A DNA stretch of 64,000 nt from Eledone cirrhosa (GCA_964016885.1 OZ024743.1:147622001-147686000), one strand, 5' to 3'. Positions 12,138 through 25,364 are shown, counted from the stretch's first letter. Notes: generated by a model not told the origin, from the letters alone. A program made the numbers and translations.

Positions 12138-13650
12138 GAATGATGGTAGTGATGCAGAATAATGAATCATTTACGAGTTAATAGATTCAATAGTTAATTA
12201 ATCAATAATTAATTGACAACATAACAACTAATTAATTTCTGGCTTCTAATTAACAAATAATTTATTAAGCAACTGATACATAATTGAATAAATTTAATTC
12301 CTAGCTTTAGTCATAAGAATTAATTTATGATTCTAAATCTTTTAAGAAGAGCATGAATGTACAATAGTCCTATTTTTGTTTCCCTATGAATCAGTAATCT
12401 TGTGTCTTGAAACAACTTTATTAATTGAATAGAGGCAAGCATTGTAGAATAATAAACCTGTGGCTAACTTACTTCACTTACGTTGTTAATACACTTGAGA
12501 AAACCACGAATGTTTCTCCATCTGATATAGATTGTTTAAATAAATAATTAATACATTAATAAATTAATGTTTCCTTTTGAAAACATGGGAGCAGAGTTGA
12601 TTGAAAGAACATCAGGACTAGTTTGAACTCCCACTGTAAACAATTAATTATACTTTAGTGTATCTGAACTCAGAGCATTGTGGTTAAAAATATATATCGT
12701 AAAGTAACACTCAAGTGGGGCTTTTAAAGTTCATACTTTTCAAAGGAATTAGCAATTTAAAAATATTTATAAATTTATTTCTAAGAATTTTAAAATCTCC
12801 AGAGATTCCTTGCCATTTATTGTTTGATTCATTAATTTCGCATTATACAAGTTTTTTTGTTAATGTTGCATAAAAGTTCTTTTAATGATGTTATTTTTCG
12901 CTATTATATAGGGCAGCAGGTTTGTTGAAATAGCTTACTACATGCCTTATCCCTTTAAGGTTTCTATACTTTACGTCAAGATTTCAAATCCCAAAAGCGC
13001 TACCTTTGTAATTTAAAACGTTATAATTAAAATAGTCAATACCAATTGTATAATAGAGTCGATTCAATTGATGACGCCGCTGTCTTTACATTAGTTTGTT
13101 ATAAACTATCTCAACTTTTGTCCATTTAGGTGGTGTGTATTCTACGAAGACGGTCGTTCGTCGGGTCTGGTCGTATGTTTACCCCTGTGAAGTGAATCAT
13201 TTCGGAGGATTAGATGAATTTTTAAAAATAAACTACGAGCAGTGGCCCATACCGCAAATCATCGCTTTTCTCCACAACAATGACCTTCACCTTGAAAAGC
13301 AATTAATAATATAATATCGAATAAGTGTTGCCGCAGGCGAAATCAGAACATAAACAAAAATCGGGTCAGTTAGAGAAGACTCAAACAATTCAGATTCATC
13401 ACCGCTTTAACTTATATTTTCTTACTTAAATATATACATGCACACGTGCACATATATATATATGTATACATACAAAAAAAAAAAAATATATATATATATA
13501 TATATACATACATATATATATGTATCAGTTGTTTAATAAATTATTTGTTAATTAGAAATAATAATTTAATTAGTTGTTATTATTGGTTAATTAACTATTG
13601 AATCTATTAACTAGCAAATGATTAATTATTCTGCATCACTACCATCATTC
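12138..13650. repeat. Inverted duplication of ~140 bp (12138-12280 / 13521-13650) separated by ~1.24 kb
   Basis: gaatgatggtagtgatgcagaataat...gcaactgataca versus tgtatcagttg...attattctgcatcactaccatcattc. Confidence 0.85.
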
Positions 13651-13725
<75 letters not shown>

Positions 13726-13730
<5 letters not shown>

Positions 13731-14050
13731 CCTCAATGTTGCCATTGACTGACCAACGGTACAAAAATACAGATTCAATATAGACACAAACACATATATA
13801 TAGTCTATCAAAGTTCTTTCGTTGCACATCTGCAACATCGTCAGTGGTGCTATCGTTTCCTCCGTTGCATTGTATTTTCTACGAAAAAGGGCGTAGAAAA
13901 TACAATGCAACGGGAGGAAACAATAGCACCACTGACGATGTTGCAGATGTGCAACGAAAAAACTTTGATAGACTATATATATGTGTTTGTGTCTATATTG
14001 TATCTGTATTTTTTTACCGTTGGTCAGTCAATGGCAACATTGAGGACCGA
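13726..14050. mobile_element. ~325-bp near-perfect palindrome carrying an HHR motif in each arm (family D)
   Basis: 8-nt loop at 13884-13891. CTGACGA-t-gttgca gatg tgcaac-GAAA at 13932-13959 (+) and its mirror at 13817-13844 (-). Confidence 0.9.
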
Positions 14051-14169
14051 ATAAATTAAACTAACCGATATAAAATACACAGAAGCCAAAAGCGAAAACC
14101 AACCAAACAGTGAGTGTGATCTGTTATTAATTCTGGCAATATTACACAAATATGACCCTCCCCAAGTGT

Positions 14170-14231
<62 letters not shown>

Positions 14232-14284
14232 GTAAGTATGTATGTATATGTACATACATATATGTGTACAGACGTACAGTAGCA

Positions 14285-14350
<66 letters not shown>

Positions 14351-14500
14351 CAGGCACACATATATATATGTACGTATCAGTTTACCGAACATTTATTATA
14401 ATGTTCGCTTTGCTCGTTTGTAAACAAACGGACAGTCTGATTTACACCGTACAGTGTTCAGGCAACCACGTCACCTTTTTGTTCAACAATGACACATGAA

Positions 14501-14541
14501 CGATGTACTAGTTTCAAGCTTGTTAGCTATCGTCAGCACCG
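14501..14541 (-). ncRNA. Minimal type I hammerhead ribozyme (family E)
   Basis: cggtg-CTGACGA-t-agc taacaa gct-t-GAAAC-ta-GTA-catcg; palindromic ACTAGT stem III. Confidence 0.85.
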
Positions 14542-14776
14542 TATACCTTTCTGCCAGATGGTTGAACGTTCGAAAGTATATACTTTCCTTATGAAAATTA
14601 ACGGCTGAGCAGCCTAATTTGCATATCGAGTGAGTTCAGTCGGCCAGGCGCACCGAAAACGATAAATGGAATAGAATGAAAGGAAATTTCATTTCTCACT
14701 CTTAGTACGGCACTTACTTAAATGTAAGTATGTATGTATACGTAAATACATATATGTGTACAGACGTACAGTAGCA

Positions 14777-14864
<88 letters not shown>

Positions 14865-15012
14865 CAGGCACACATATATATATGCACGTATCAGTTTACC
14901 GAACATTTATTATAATGTTCGCTTTGTTCGTTTGTAAACAATCGGACAGCCTGATTTACGCCGTAGTGTTCAGGCAACCACGTCACCTTTTTGTTCAACA
15001 CTAACTTAGGAA

Positions 15013-15053
15013 CGATGTACTAGTTTCAAGCTTGTTAGCTATCATCAGCACCG
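15013..15053 (-). ncRNA. Minimal type I hammerhead ribozyme (family E)
   Basis: Same as 14501-14541 but with core CTGATGA. Confidence 0.85.
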
Positions 15054-15288
15054 TATACCTTTCTGCCAGATGGTTGAACGTTCGAAAGTATATACTTTCC
15101 TTATGAAAATTAACGGCTGAGCAGCCTAATTTGCATATCGAGTGAGTTCATTCGGCCAGGCGCACCGAAAACGATAAATGGAATAGAATAAAACGAAATT
15201 TCATTTCTCACTCCTAGTACGGCACTTACTTAAATGTAAGTATGTATGTATACGCAGATACATATATGTGTACAGACGTACAGTAGCA

Positions 15289-15360
<72 letters not shown>

Positions 15361-15750
15361 CAGGCACATATATATATATGTGCACGTATCAGTTTACCGA
15401 ATATTTATTATAATGTTCGCTTTGTTCGTTTGTAAACAAACGGACAGCCTGATTTACGCCGTACAGTGTTCAGGCAACCACGTCACATTTTTGTTCAACA
15501 CTGACACAGGAACGATGCTACTGTACGTCTGTACACATATATGTATGTACGTATACATACATACTTACATTTAAGTAAGTGCCGTACTAAGAGTGAGAAA
15601 TGAAATTTCGTTTCATTCTATTCCATTTATCGTTTTTGGTGCGCCTGGCCGACTGAACTCACTCGATATGCAAATTAGGCTGCTCAGCCGTTAATTTTCA
15701 TAAGGAAAGTATATACTTTCGAACGTTCAACCATCTGGCAGAAAGGTATA

Positions 15751-15791
15751 AGGTGCTGACAATAGCTAACAAGCTTGAAACTAGTACATCG
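15751..15791 (+). ncRNA. Hammerhead motif (family E), core mutated to CTGACAA
   Basis: aggtg-CTGACAA-tagc taacaa gctt-GAAACTAGTA-catcg; G8A change without C3U, so probably inactive. Confidence 0.6.
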
Positions 15792-15950
15792 TTCCTGTGT
15801 CAGTGTTGAACAAACAGGTGACGTGGTTGCCTGAACACTGTACGGTGTAAACAGGCTGTCCGTTTGTTTACAAACGAACAAAGCGAACATTATAATAAAT
15901 GTTCGGTAAACTGATACGTGCATATATATATGTGTGTGCCTGTATGTGTA

Positions 15951-16032
<82 letters not shown>

Positions 16033-16136
16033 TGCTACTGTACGTCTGTACACATATATGTATGTACGTATACATACATACTTACATTTAAGTAAGTGCC
16101 GTACTAAGAGTGAGAAATGAAATTTCGTTTCATTCT

Positions 16137-16189
<53 letters not shown>

Positions 16190-16460
16190 CTGTGTATCTA
16201 TATCTATATATCCCATATTCAATTAAGGATGATCCAGCATCCTGTTACCCTATAGTTTTCCGGGCACCTTATTTCTTCCTTGAAAGGAAGATGTGCTCCA
16301 ACCTATCTAGCTCTCACCACACCTATCTACCTAAATACATATATACACTCTCGTATCTGTGTCTACAATCGTGTAAAAATACAAATACATATACACATTC
16401 CTACGTGTGTATATGTGTATATATCCACACACACTGAAATATATATATATATATATATAA

Positions 16461-17860
16461 AATACCTCGCCCTCAAACCCCATAATGACCCGGGGGGAGG
16501 GGGGTAGACTAGGGCTATAACACCCCACTTGCCGATTTTGTAATGGGTAACCCTGCTTGCCAAGGGAGACGTAAGATCCTCTTTTTATTCTTTTATCACT
16601 TCCTCTATATTTCCTTCTTTCCCCCCATCCCTCCTTAGTCCTTCTACCCCAGTTCTTTTTTTTGTCGGCGTATTTTTCTCGCCCACCCGAGGCAGCCCTT
16701 TGGACCCTTGTAGCCTCAGTACCCCCACCTCTCCCCTAGTCTATGATAGATTTGGCGCACTCCGCTTTTTATAGCAGTTGTGTTAGACCTCGGACACTTG
16801 CCCCCTTATCCGACCGCTCCCCCTTTTTTCCGTGCCTTCTATATCTCTTAGTGGCACCTCTGCCTTAATTTCTCGTATATCAGTATTTCTTTCTTCTCTT
16901 TTCTTTTGGGCGGGGTGGATTCTGAATTTATTTTTCCGTATTTTACTTTTACCTCGTACGAACTTTCATGTAGCTTGTATAAGAACTTTTGTAGCGTGGC
17001 GGTACCATTAGAGTTAGCATTAGTATATTTTTTTCGGGACTCAGAATTATTATCTCGTACTAGTTTACTTTTCTGCACTAGGTGGTTGCTGGCCTTGTGA
17101 CCGGGGTAGAAACCTTTATTAATTATTTCGTGGTAGTTTCTTTAGTATTTTGGCCCCCATTGTTGACCCGTCACCGTATGATATACGTACTTATACCTCT
17201 TAAAAGGGTCCTTTCCTATTCCGTCCCACATAGTATTTACTTATTTTTTTATTTCTTTATTTCTTTATTTCTTTATTTCTTTCTTTATTTCTTTCTTTCT
17301 TTATTTATTTATTTTGCTAGCCTAGCAATAGCTAGGGACTTAGGTCGTAGAAACTGCTTATCTTTTTTTCTTTACATTTATTCGCTTTTTATCACTCTCA
17401 GTATTTTTTTTTTTTTTCCATATATATATTTTTACCCTTTATTGTTCTACTTACCGTTTCGACTTCCTCCCCCTCCTCCTCCCTAGTATCTTCTTTGATC
17501 TCATGCCCAGCTGTAGCCGGCACTACCAACGTATGATTGGGTCTACTCCACCCCTCCCCTTTTTCTCCTACTGGCAAGTTTAGCCACCCTCTCCCCCACT
17601 AATTTGCCATCACAGAATTACTACTAACTTGTGACCAATCCTTGTGACAATCACTTTGACCATATATGGAATTACCCCTTGAGAAGCTCGGCTATTTATA
17701 TACCAGGATAAATTTTCATTTAGTCCAGAATTAGCCGTCGAAACGGCTTGAGCTCAGCCATCGGGGTCTTACTGGTTCCTATTACCCACTCTACTACCCT
17801 AAGTATTGAGTACTTTGGTGCGTTATGGTCCACCTGGTTCCTTACCACATTTCCTTCGTT
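16461..17860 (+). mobile_element. Non-coding 3' end (last ORF codons + 3' UTR/pLTR) of the same Penelope-like family as 3252-6060
   Basis: Starts YLALKPHND(P). Collinear with the reverse complement of 3252-4465 and with 5795-6060. Flanked by (TA)n. Confidence 0.9.
17674..17767 (+). ncRNA. Hammerhead motif (family C) with U3-A8 core TTGAGAA
   Basis: acccc-TTGAGAA-gct-cggcta...tagccg-tc-GAAACGGCT tgagctc AGCC-ATC-ggggt; perfect 5-bp stem I. Confidence 0.65.
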
Positions 17861-17868
17861 ATATATAT

Positions 17869-17913
<45 letters not shown>

Positions 17914-18679
17914 GTGTGTTTGTATGTGTGTGTTTGCGTGTGTCTGTGTGTGTGATTGTGTGTGTGTGTATTTCTGTGTGTGTGTGTGTGTGTGTGCGTG
18001 TGTGTATGTATATGTGTGTGTGGATTCAGAAGATCTATTATCAAACCTACACTGGACATAAATATATCACCTATTACTTTTCCCCCAACAACGTCTCTTC
18101 GATTTTTTTTTTATAGAAATCGAGTTTTTTCTGTTATATCTATAAATCGAGCGGCCACCAAGATGCATCATAATATACGCTTGAAGAATCTACTTGAATT
18201 GTGAATCAGGTTTCAATTAATATAATCTTTTTTGATATATATACAATAAATCTACATTAATATTTCAACTCTTGCATTCAACTTTAACATTTTTTTTGTG
18301 TATATTTCCAAATACTCATTTTATTTAACTTCATCGATATTTACTTTATGAAAGAGATGAGTCTCGAATGAGACAGTGTAAGCAGCGTATCATACATGCT
18401 TTTACCTAATGAAAATTCTATGAATTAATAAATTAATATCCTAAACAGAACTATTTATTATAATTATTTATAAACAAATCTGACTAAAGCAAACTAATTT
18501 TATAATATATATTTATTTAATTTGAGAATACGTCACAGTGCCCAAAATAAATACCAAATTATATGCATACATATATACATGCTCTGCGGTTTTATGTTAT
18601 CCTTATCAAGCCCTCTTCGGATTTTAGTCTTCACATATATTATTATTACTATATACACACACACATATATATAATAAAT

Positions 18680-19110
18680 GTAATATGAGTTTTTCAAATA
18701 TTAATAACAATATTCGATTCATTTGCAATTATTCAAACAAGCCACATTTTTAAAGCCATGTCAGTAGAATGAGACCCTCATTCTTGCTCTTATGTGGGCA
18801 TGTAAACAGAACTGCAGATACTACTGTGTCTGGGCATCACCCTTCATCAGTACAGTTCACTGGTCACCTGCCAACTCTCAAAGCTAGTGAAAATATATGC
18901 TATTTTCGAAAATATACAGTGACTGATCGGCCTGATTTGCATAATAGCATACTGGCTGATCAGTCAGATCTACAAATTAGCAGATCCACTGATCAGCCAG
19001 ATTTGGATATCAGCAGACTAGCCAGTCAGTTTCCTGTATACGAGCGATGAATTGCCGGCTTTGCCACATTAAAAAAAAAAAATGTTCGCTCAACATGGCT
19101 GAATACAATT
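18680..19110 (-). repeat. Family A unit with decayed HHR (18809-18858, GAAAC to GACAC)
   Basis: Homologous to 1-690. Confidence 0.8.
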
Positions 19111-19302
19111 TTCTATATATATATACACACACACACACACATATATATATATATGTGTGTGTGTGTGTGTACGTCCACACAGATAAGTGTACGATTAATG
19201 GCTCGGATTGCCTGTATATAGTTGTGAGCACATGTCCGTGTGGGTGTATATGTATAGGGAAGCAGGCAAGCAAGGGAAGGGCATGAGAATTTATAACAAC
19301 TA

Positions 19303-19980
19303 TCCTTTGAACAAACGAGCAACGATGGTTGCTGGACACTACGGCTTAATACGGGATGTTTGTTTACAAACACAACGAGAATTATAATAAATGTTCGGTG
19401 AATCCATACGAACATATATACGTGTGCACATGTATGTATATATATATATATACATACTACTGTACGTCTGTATACATATATGTATGTACGTGTACATACT
19501 TATGTTTAAGTAACAGCCGTACTAAGAGTGGGAAATGAAATTTCGTTTCATTTTTTCCGTTTATCGTTTTCGTGGCACCCGGCCGATTAACCCATTCGAT
19601 ATGCAAATTGGGCTACTCAGACGTTAATATGCATAAGGTCAGTATATACGTACAACAATCTGGCAGGAAGGTATACGTTGCTGACGATAGCTAATAAGCT
19701 TGAAACTAGTACAGCGTTCCTTTGTCAGTGTTGAACAAACGAGCAACGATGGTTGCTAGACACTACGGCTTAATACGGGATGTTTGTTTACAAACACACC
19801 GAGCATTATAATAAATGTTCGGTGAATCCATACGTACATATATATGTGTGTGCATGTATGTATATATATATATACATACTACTGTACGTCTGTATACATA
19901 TATGTATGTACGTGTACATACTTATATTTAAGTAACAGCCGTACTAAGAGCGGGAAATGAAATTTCGTTTCATTTTTTCC

Positions 19981-19985
<5 letters not shown>
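19303..19985 (+). repeat. Family E tandem (~424-bp period, ~1.6 units) with HHR at 19676-19716
   Basis: ttgaacaaacgagcaacg at 19307 and 19731; cgttg-CTGACGA-tagc taataa gctt-GAAACTAGTA-cagcg. Confidence 0.9.
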
Positions 19986-20064
<79 letters not shown>

Positions 20065-20302
20065 TTATTAAAATAACACGTTTTTCGAAATATTTACTTC
20101 TGCGTTCACAGTTTGATTTTTATAGTTTCAGAAGATCCCGTTAAGGGTGAAACCAGCGATTCTTTGCTTAAACTTTAATCTGTTATTTTAATAAATATTT
20201 GCTCTAGGGTTCTTATATATTTGATGTATATTTATCCTTATCGAGCCTTCTTTGGATTTTAGTCTTCAAATTTATTATTGTTACTATTATTATTATTAAT
20301 AT

Positions 20303-20378
<76 letters not shown>

Positions 20379-20627
20379 TTCTTTACACACATGTATATAC
20401 ATGCACACACATGTATGCTCACCCATACATACAGACACGTGATTACATACGCATTCAACTCACGCCTGAATGGAAATGGTCAGTCGGCCGATTTCAATGT
20501 TCAAGCACTATAATAACGTCGCGAACTATCAACCAATCTAAGTGCCGTGCAAACAGGATGATAGAAGATGTTAAAAATTCGAAGGGTCGGAGTCCAGCAG
20601 AAAGAGAATTTGCTTCGAAATAAGTAG

Positions 20628-20720
20628 ACGTATCTGAGGAACTTGCGAATCCAGTGTCAGGTTCGATCCACAAATAGGTCGTACCTCGAGCTGTTCGCCG
20701 GAGAAACAATTGTAATACGT
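20628..20720 (+). ncRNA. Type I hammerhead ribozyme with long stem II (family F), followed by AATAAA
   Basis: acgtat-CTGAGGA-a-cttgcgaa...ttcgccgg-a-GAAAC-aatt-GTA-atacgt-AATAAA; perfect 6-bp stem I and palindromic ACAATTGT. Confidence 0.8.
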
Positions 20721-20846
20721 AATAAATTGTGTTCCGATGCATCACTGATTCTACGTTCTCCATAGTGCCATACTCTGCTCCGAAAGATCATAGAGTGCTC
20801 AACCTACATACCGCCTATGGGCGCATCCTAGCAACCATACTATACA

Positions 20847-20886
<40 letters not shown>

Positions 20887-20891
<5 letters not shown>

Positions 20892-22869
20892 TAATTTTAA
20901 CCTATGGGGGAACACTAAGGAAGTTATAGATTGGTTCTCTGGGATTAATAAACTTGAATCTAATAAGTTTATCCAATTCGATATTGATGCCTACTACACA
21001 TCGATTTCACCCATCCTCCTCAATAAAGCTTTAATGTTGGCCATGAGAGTGTCCAGCCTTACACGATCACAGGTAGATATTATACTAGCAGCCCGTAGAA
21101 CTATTATTAATTTTGAGGACACATTTTGGACCCGTAAAAACACGCCCAACAATTTCGACGTTAAAATGGGTTCGAGTGATTCGGCCCAGGTAACTGATCT
21201 TGTTGGGTTGTTCCACCTAAATGAACTATATGTTACCTTTCCGCACCTTAAAGGCGGACTATATCGTGATGATGCATTGTTTGTAATTAACTCTAGCACC
21301 AACAATGTCGAGCATAATAAGAAGAAGCTTTATAAGTTTTTTAAAAGATATAACCTTTCGATCACGATAGATAGAAATGATAGAGCGGTCAACTTTTTAG
21401 ATGTGACTTTGGACTTGGTCACTAATAGTTTTAAACCCTTCCATAAGCCTAATGAAATACTTTCTTATGTTAGTCCCAATTCTAACCACCCCTAATCTAT
21501 GACAAGCTCTATAATTAAGGGTGTATCTAATAGGATTTCTACACTCTCTAAGGACGTAGGAACATTTAATGAACATGCGGAGTACTATAATAATGCCCTA
21601 GCTAATTCCGGTTACTCTAGTAAAATACATTATAATAATAGTAACCTTAGAAAGTCTCCGCTTACTTATAATAATAATAACATAATATCACATGACATGG
21701 CCATGAATGGGAGTAGGAAGCATAATAACCGTAAAAATCACATAGGTGTATCTGAACCCATCCATAAGTTAACCCACGGGACTGGTAATAGGGAATATAA
21801 TACCTCTAGGAAACAAGTCGAACCCTCTGAGCGCTCACTCATTGGTGATAATTTTGCTAGATCTAATTCTAATAATGTTGTTTCTACTGATCCTATTATT
21901 GGCCCTAATCCTTTTGATGGGATTCCAGACGGCAGCAGATCTACTAGAGGTAGAAACAGTAAGAGACTTAATGGAATTTTGGCTGATTCTAATAATGCGG
22001 TTTTAACTAATCCTTGTATTAACCCTAGTCTTAATAATGGGATATTAGATAATGGTAGAGTCGGTAAGGATAAAAATAGGAGACTAAATACTTATTTTAA
22101 CCCGCCATATAATCAGGAAGTATTAACTAATATCCCTAGGTCTTTCTTTTCTATCTTAGAGAAAAATTTCCCCCCTTCTCATAAATACCATAGTATTTTT
22201 AACAAAAATGTTATTAAACTTTCATTCTCTACCACCCCTAATATTAGTTCTCATTTAGCTAGCACTAACAATATGAAAATTAGGGATGGATTCTCCTCTC
22301 TACATACTACTAGTCTGAACAGATCTGGAAATGCCTTACCACTAGAGCTGACCTTATCTAATAGTAATCCTACGTGTAATGCATCACTACTTCAGCCAAA
22401 CAATAGCACCCGGAAGTGTAACTGTAGAGTGAGTGCTAACTGCCCTTTAAACGGTAACTGCCTCTCTAAGAACATCGTCTATGCTTGCGTAGTTATAACT
22501 AATTCCTCTAATAGAACTTATATAGTCTCTACATCTAACACTTTTAAGACTAGGTTTAATTCTCATATCTCTAATTTCAAACATGTTAAGTTTAAGTATT
22601 CTACTTCTTTAGCACACTATATCTGGGATCTTAAGGGGGCTAATATACCATATAGCCTTAATTGGCGTTTAGTAGCACGCTCTAATAACCTTTCTACACA
22701 TACTAAATTTTGTAATCTCTGTATCCTCGAGACACACTCTATAATTTTCTCTAGTGAATCCTTACTTAATAGAAAGTCTGAGATATTCTCTTCTTGCCCC
22801 CACGCTATTTCTAATTCTTACTTTTATTATAAACCTAAAGGTTCTAATAGTATAAATTGTATCCATTAG
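20887..22869 (+). pseudogene. Penelope-like RT + GIY-YIG polyprotein with one in-frame TAA (21493-21495)
   Basis: NLWGNTKEVIDWF, FIQFDIDAYYTSI, FDVKMGSSDSAQVTDLVGL, LYRDDAL, NFLDVTLDL, SNHP, YFNPPY, CNCRVSANCPLNGNC, IVYAC...YIVST...FKTR, LAHYIWDLK, CNLCILE, LNRKSEIFSSCPH. Confidence 0.93.
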
Positions 22870-24570
22870 CTGATATATTCCATTACTTATTTTTTTAGTT
22901 TAGGTTCTTTTTGTTTACCACCATTATTATCATCATTATTATCATTGGTTTTTGACAACTCTTTATTCTAGCTCTCATAATCTTTTGGCTACTATACCAT
23001 ATCTATCTTCTTACGCATTAAATTTTCACTATTAACACCTTATGAGTATATATCTGATTATATATTTTACATTATTTTATTTTATTTCATCTTATTTTAT
23101 TTTATTTGGATTCTTCTTTGGATACCCCCCCCCCACACACACTTCGCCCCTCCCCCCCCATGCACACATAAACTTATTGTCAACCCCTTCAAATATATTA
23201 TGGTTATATTTAATCCCTCCCCCTCTTTTACGCTCCTTTCTATTATTTAATAAAGTATATTGACTATGATGTTATGCTCCTTTGTATCCTACATACATTT
23301 CTTTTTTTCTGTCCCTATTAGCCTACCATAATTCTGCTTAAGTCAGTTTTTTAGATATCGTTATGTAAATGATAGTAGAAAATTTCATTCCTTTATATAT
23401 ATATTTGTAGTGAAATATTAACGTTTATAAATTTTGATTACTTAAACCATAGCTAATATTGTATTGCCTTATTAGATATTTTAAATATTTTTAACATTAA
23501 TTTATCAAATAGGGTTTTCGAGTCATTTACCTGGGTTGTTTCCTAAGTTTTTACTTAACTGCATGTGAGACCTAAGTATATACTTTTGTTTTTGTTTTTT
23601 AATTTCCGGTTGATTTTATTTATTTATTTATTTATTAATACTACTGTGCATTCTATTTTCTGTCTGGCCCTTATTCACTCATCCACATATATGTCTGTTT
23701 ACCAACCTTGTAATTATAAGTAATTATATATTATATTATGTTTATTATTTAATATTGTAGTTGTTATTGTACTATTGATCCTTATTACTTACCGTTGATT
23801 ATATGTACCATTATGATATGTTAAATTTTATATATCATGTAAGATGTTTATATTTTTGTACCATCATAATTTTGGGTATTGTACAATTTATATTTTTTCT
23901 CACCTACTCTGTAACTCTATATGAATTGATTTGTTAACTTACATGCCATTATATATTATATATTATATATGTTATTATATTATTATTATAGTATTATTGT
24001 GACATCTATATTGTTTGTGTAAATTAACCGGAGATTATCTATTATATTATATTATATAGTATATAATTATATAGTTTATTATATATTATATGTGTTACTT
24101 TTAATCATTTTATTACTTCATGTATATTAGATATCCGTATTATTATTATTATTATTATTTTATTCCTATCATGCTTATTTATATTTAAACTCTTAATAAG
24201 GTTTAATTTGTGCTGTTAAAGATGGATATGTGTATTGATGTATATGTATATGTGCGTACGTGTGCGTATATATATACATATGTATATTGTGCCTTTTAAT
24301 TTTTATTGTAATTTTAATATTGTTACAAATATATTATATTATATTATATAGTAGTATATATAATTCCCGCTCTATATAACCACCTTTGTTTAGCTCTAGG
24401 TTTTTTTGCTTTGGACTATATTTATAATATGGTTCTAAATGTTATACACCTCCTTAGTGATTTTTATTATATATGTTTACCCATAATCTTGCAATACTTT
24501 AGTGTATGTACACTCCATATTCTTCGGAGTTTTCGGCTTGTATTGGCCGATAGTACTTCTTGTTGTTTTA

Positions 24571-24615
24571 ATTGCCCTGATGAGTCCTTAATAGGACGAA
24601 ACATTGTTGGCCAAT
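24571..24615 (+). ncRNA. Type I hammerhead ribozyme at the Penelope-like 3' end (family G)
   Basis: attgcc-CTGATGA-gtcc ttaata ggac-GAAAC-att-GTT-ggccaat; AATAAA overlaps the end. Confidence 0.85.
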
Positions 24616-24656
24616 AAAGACTTTTGATGTATTGAAGGCTTCTTTGTTTTATTTTC

Positions 24657-24705
<49 letters not shown>

Positions 24706-25142
24706 CAAACACTTTTATCGCGCTATATGGCTGAATACAAGAAATGTATATCTGAGTTTTTCGAATATTGATAATAATATTTCATATGTTTGCAATTATG
24801 CAAAAACCCTCTGAAGCCATGTCCGTAGAATGACTCCGTAATTCTTGCTCGTGTGTCGACATATAAACAGAACGGCACACAGTCTACTGATATGCAAATC
24901 AGGCCAACCAGTCACTGTATATTCCAGAAAATATCATATATTTTCACTTGCTCATTAGTGTTTGCCATTCTGTTTATATACCAACACAAGAGCAAGAATG
25001 GCGGGGTCATTTTACTGACATGGCTTAAGAGATTATTTGCATGATTGCAAACAAATCGAATATTGTTATCAATATGCGAAAAACACAGATTTACATTGCT
25101 ATATATATATATATATATTAGAATTGGAGCTCTGAAATACCA

Positions 25143-25364
25143 ATATATATATGGATGTATATATAATGTATTTTGCAATACACTTTATGCTTAATTAAAT
25201 TGATAAGCTTCGACAAAAGCGAAACAAGGCCTTGTCGGCTTATCTCCCCTGTTTGCTGAGATAAAAGTAAGTTAATTTGTCACTACTCTAAAACAATAGC
25301 ATACGGTCTTCAAAATGCTTTTAATTAAGCATAAAGTGTATTGCAATATACATTATATATACAT

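Larger units (their letters stand above)
14228..16140. repeat. Tandem ~500-512 bp HHR repeat (family E): ~2.5 units then an inverted ~1.2 units
   Basis: Units repeat at 14501/15013/15513; orientation switches at 15517; each unit contains an internal (TA)n. Confidence 0.95.
20887..24660 (+). mobile_element. 5'-truncated Penelope-like element (Naiad-type) with ~1.75-kb AT-rich 3' UTR ending in an HHR
   Basis: Bounded by (TA)n on both sides; RT/GIY-YIG ORF, then HHR and AATAAA at 24571-24618. Confidence 0.9.

Noticed and set aside
20125-20165. HHR-like CAGAAGA-tccc..gggt-GAAA in a small repeat (also ~33355-33425 and ~35675-35790)
   Set aside because: All three copies have CAGA rather than CUGA, and no clear stem I or cleavage triplet. 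The repeat is real; the ribozyme is unsupported.
21493-21495. Selenocysteine recoding in the Naiad-type ORFs
   Set aside because: The in-frame stop is TAA, conserved Cys positions are encoded as Cys, and I recognised no SECIS element.
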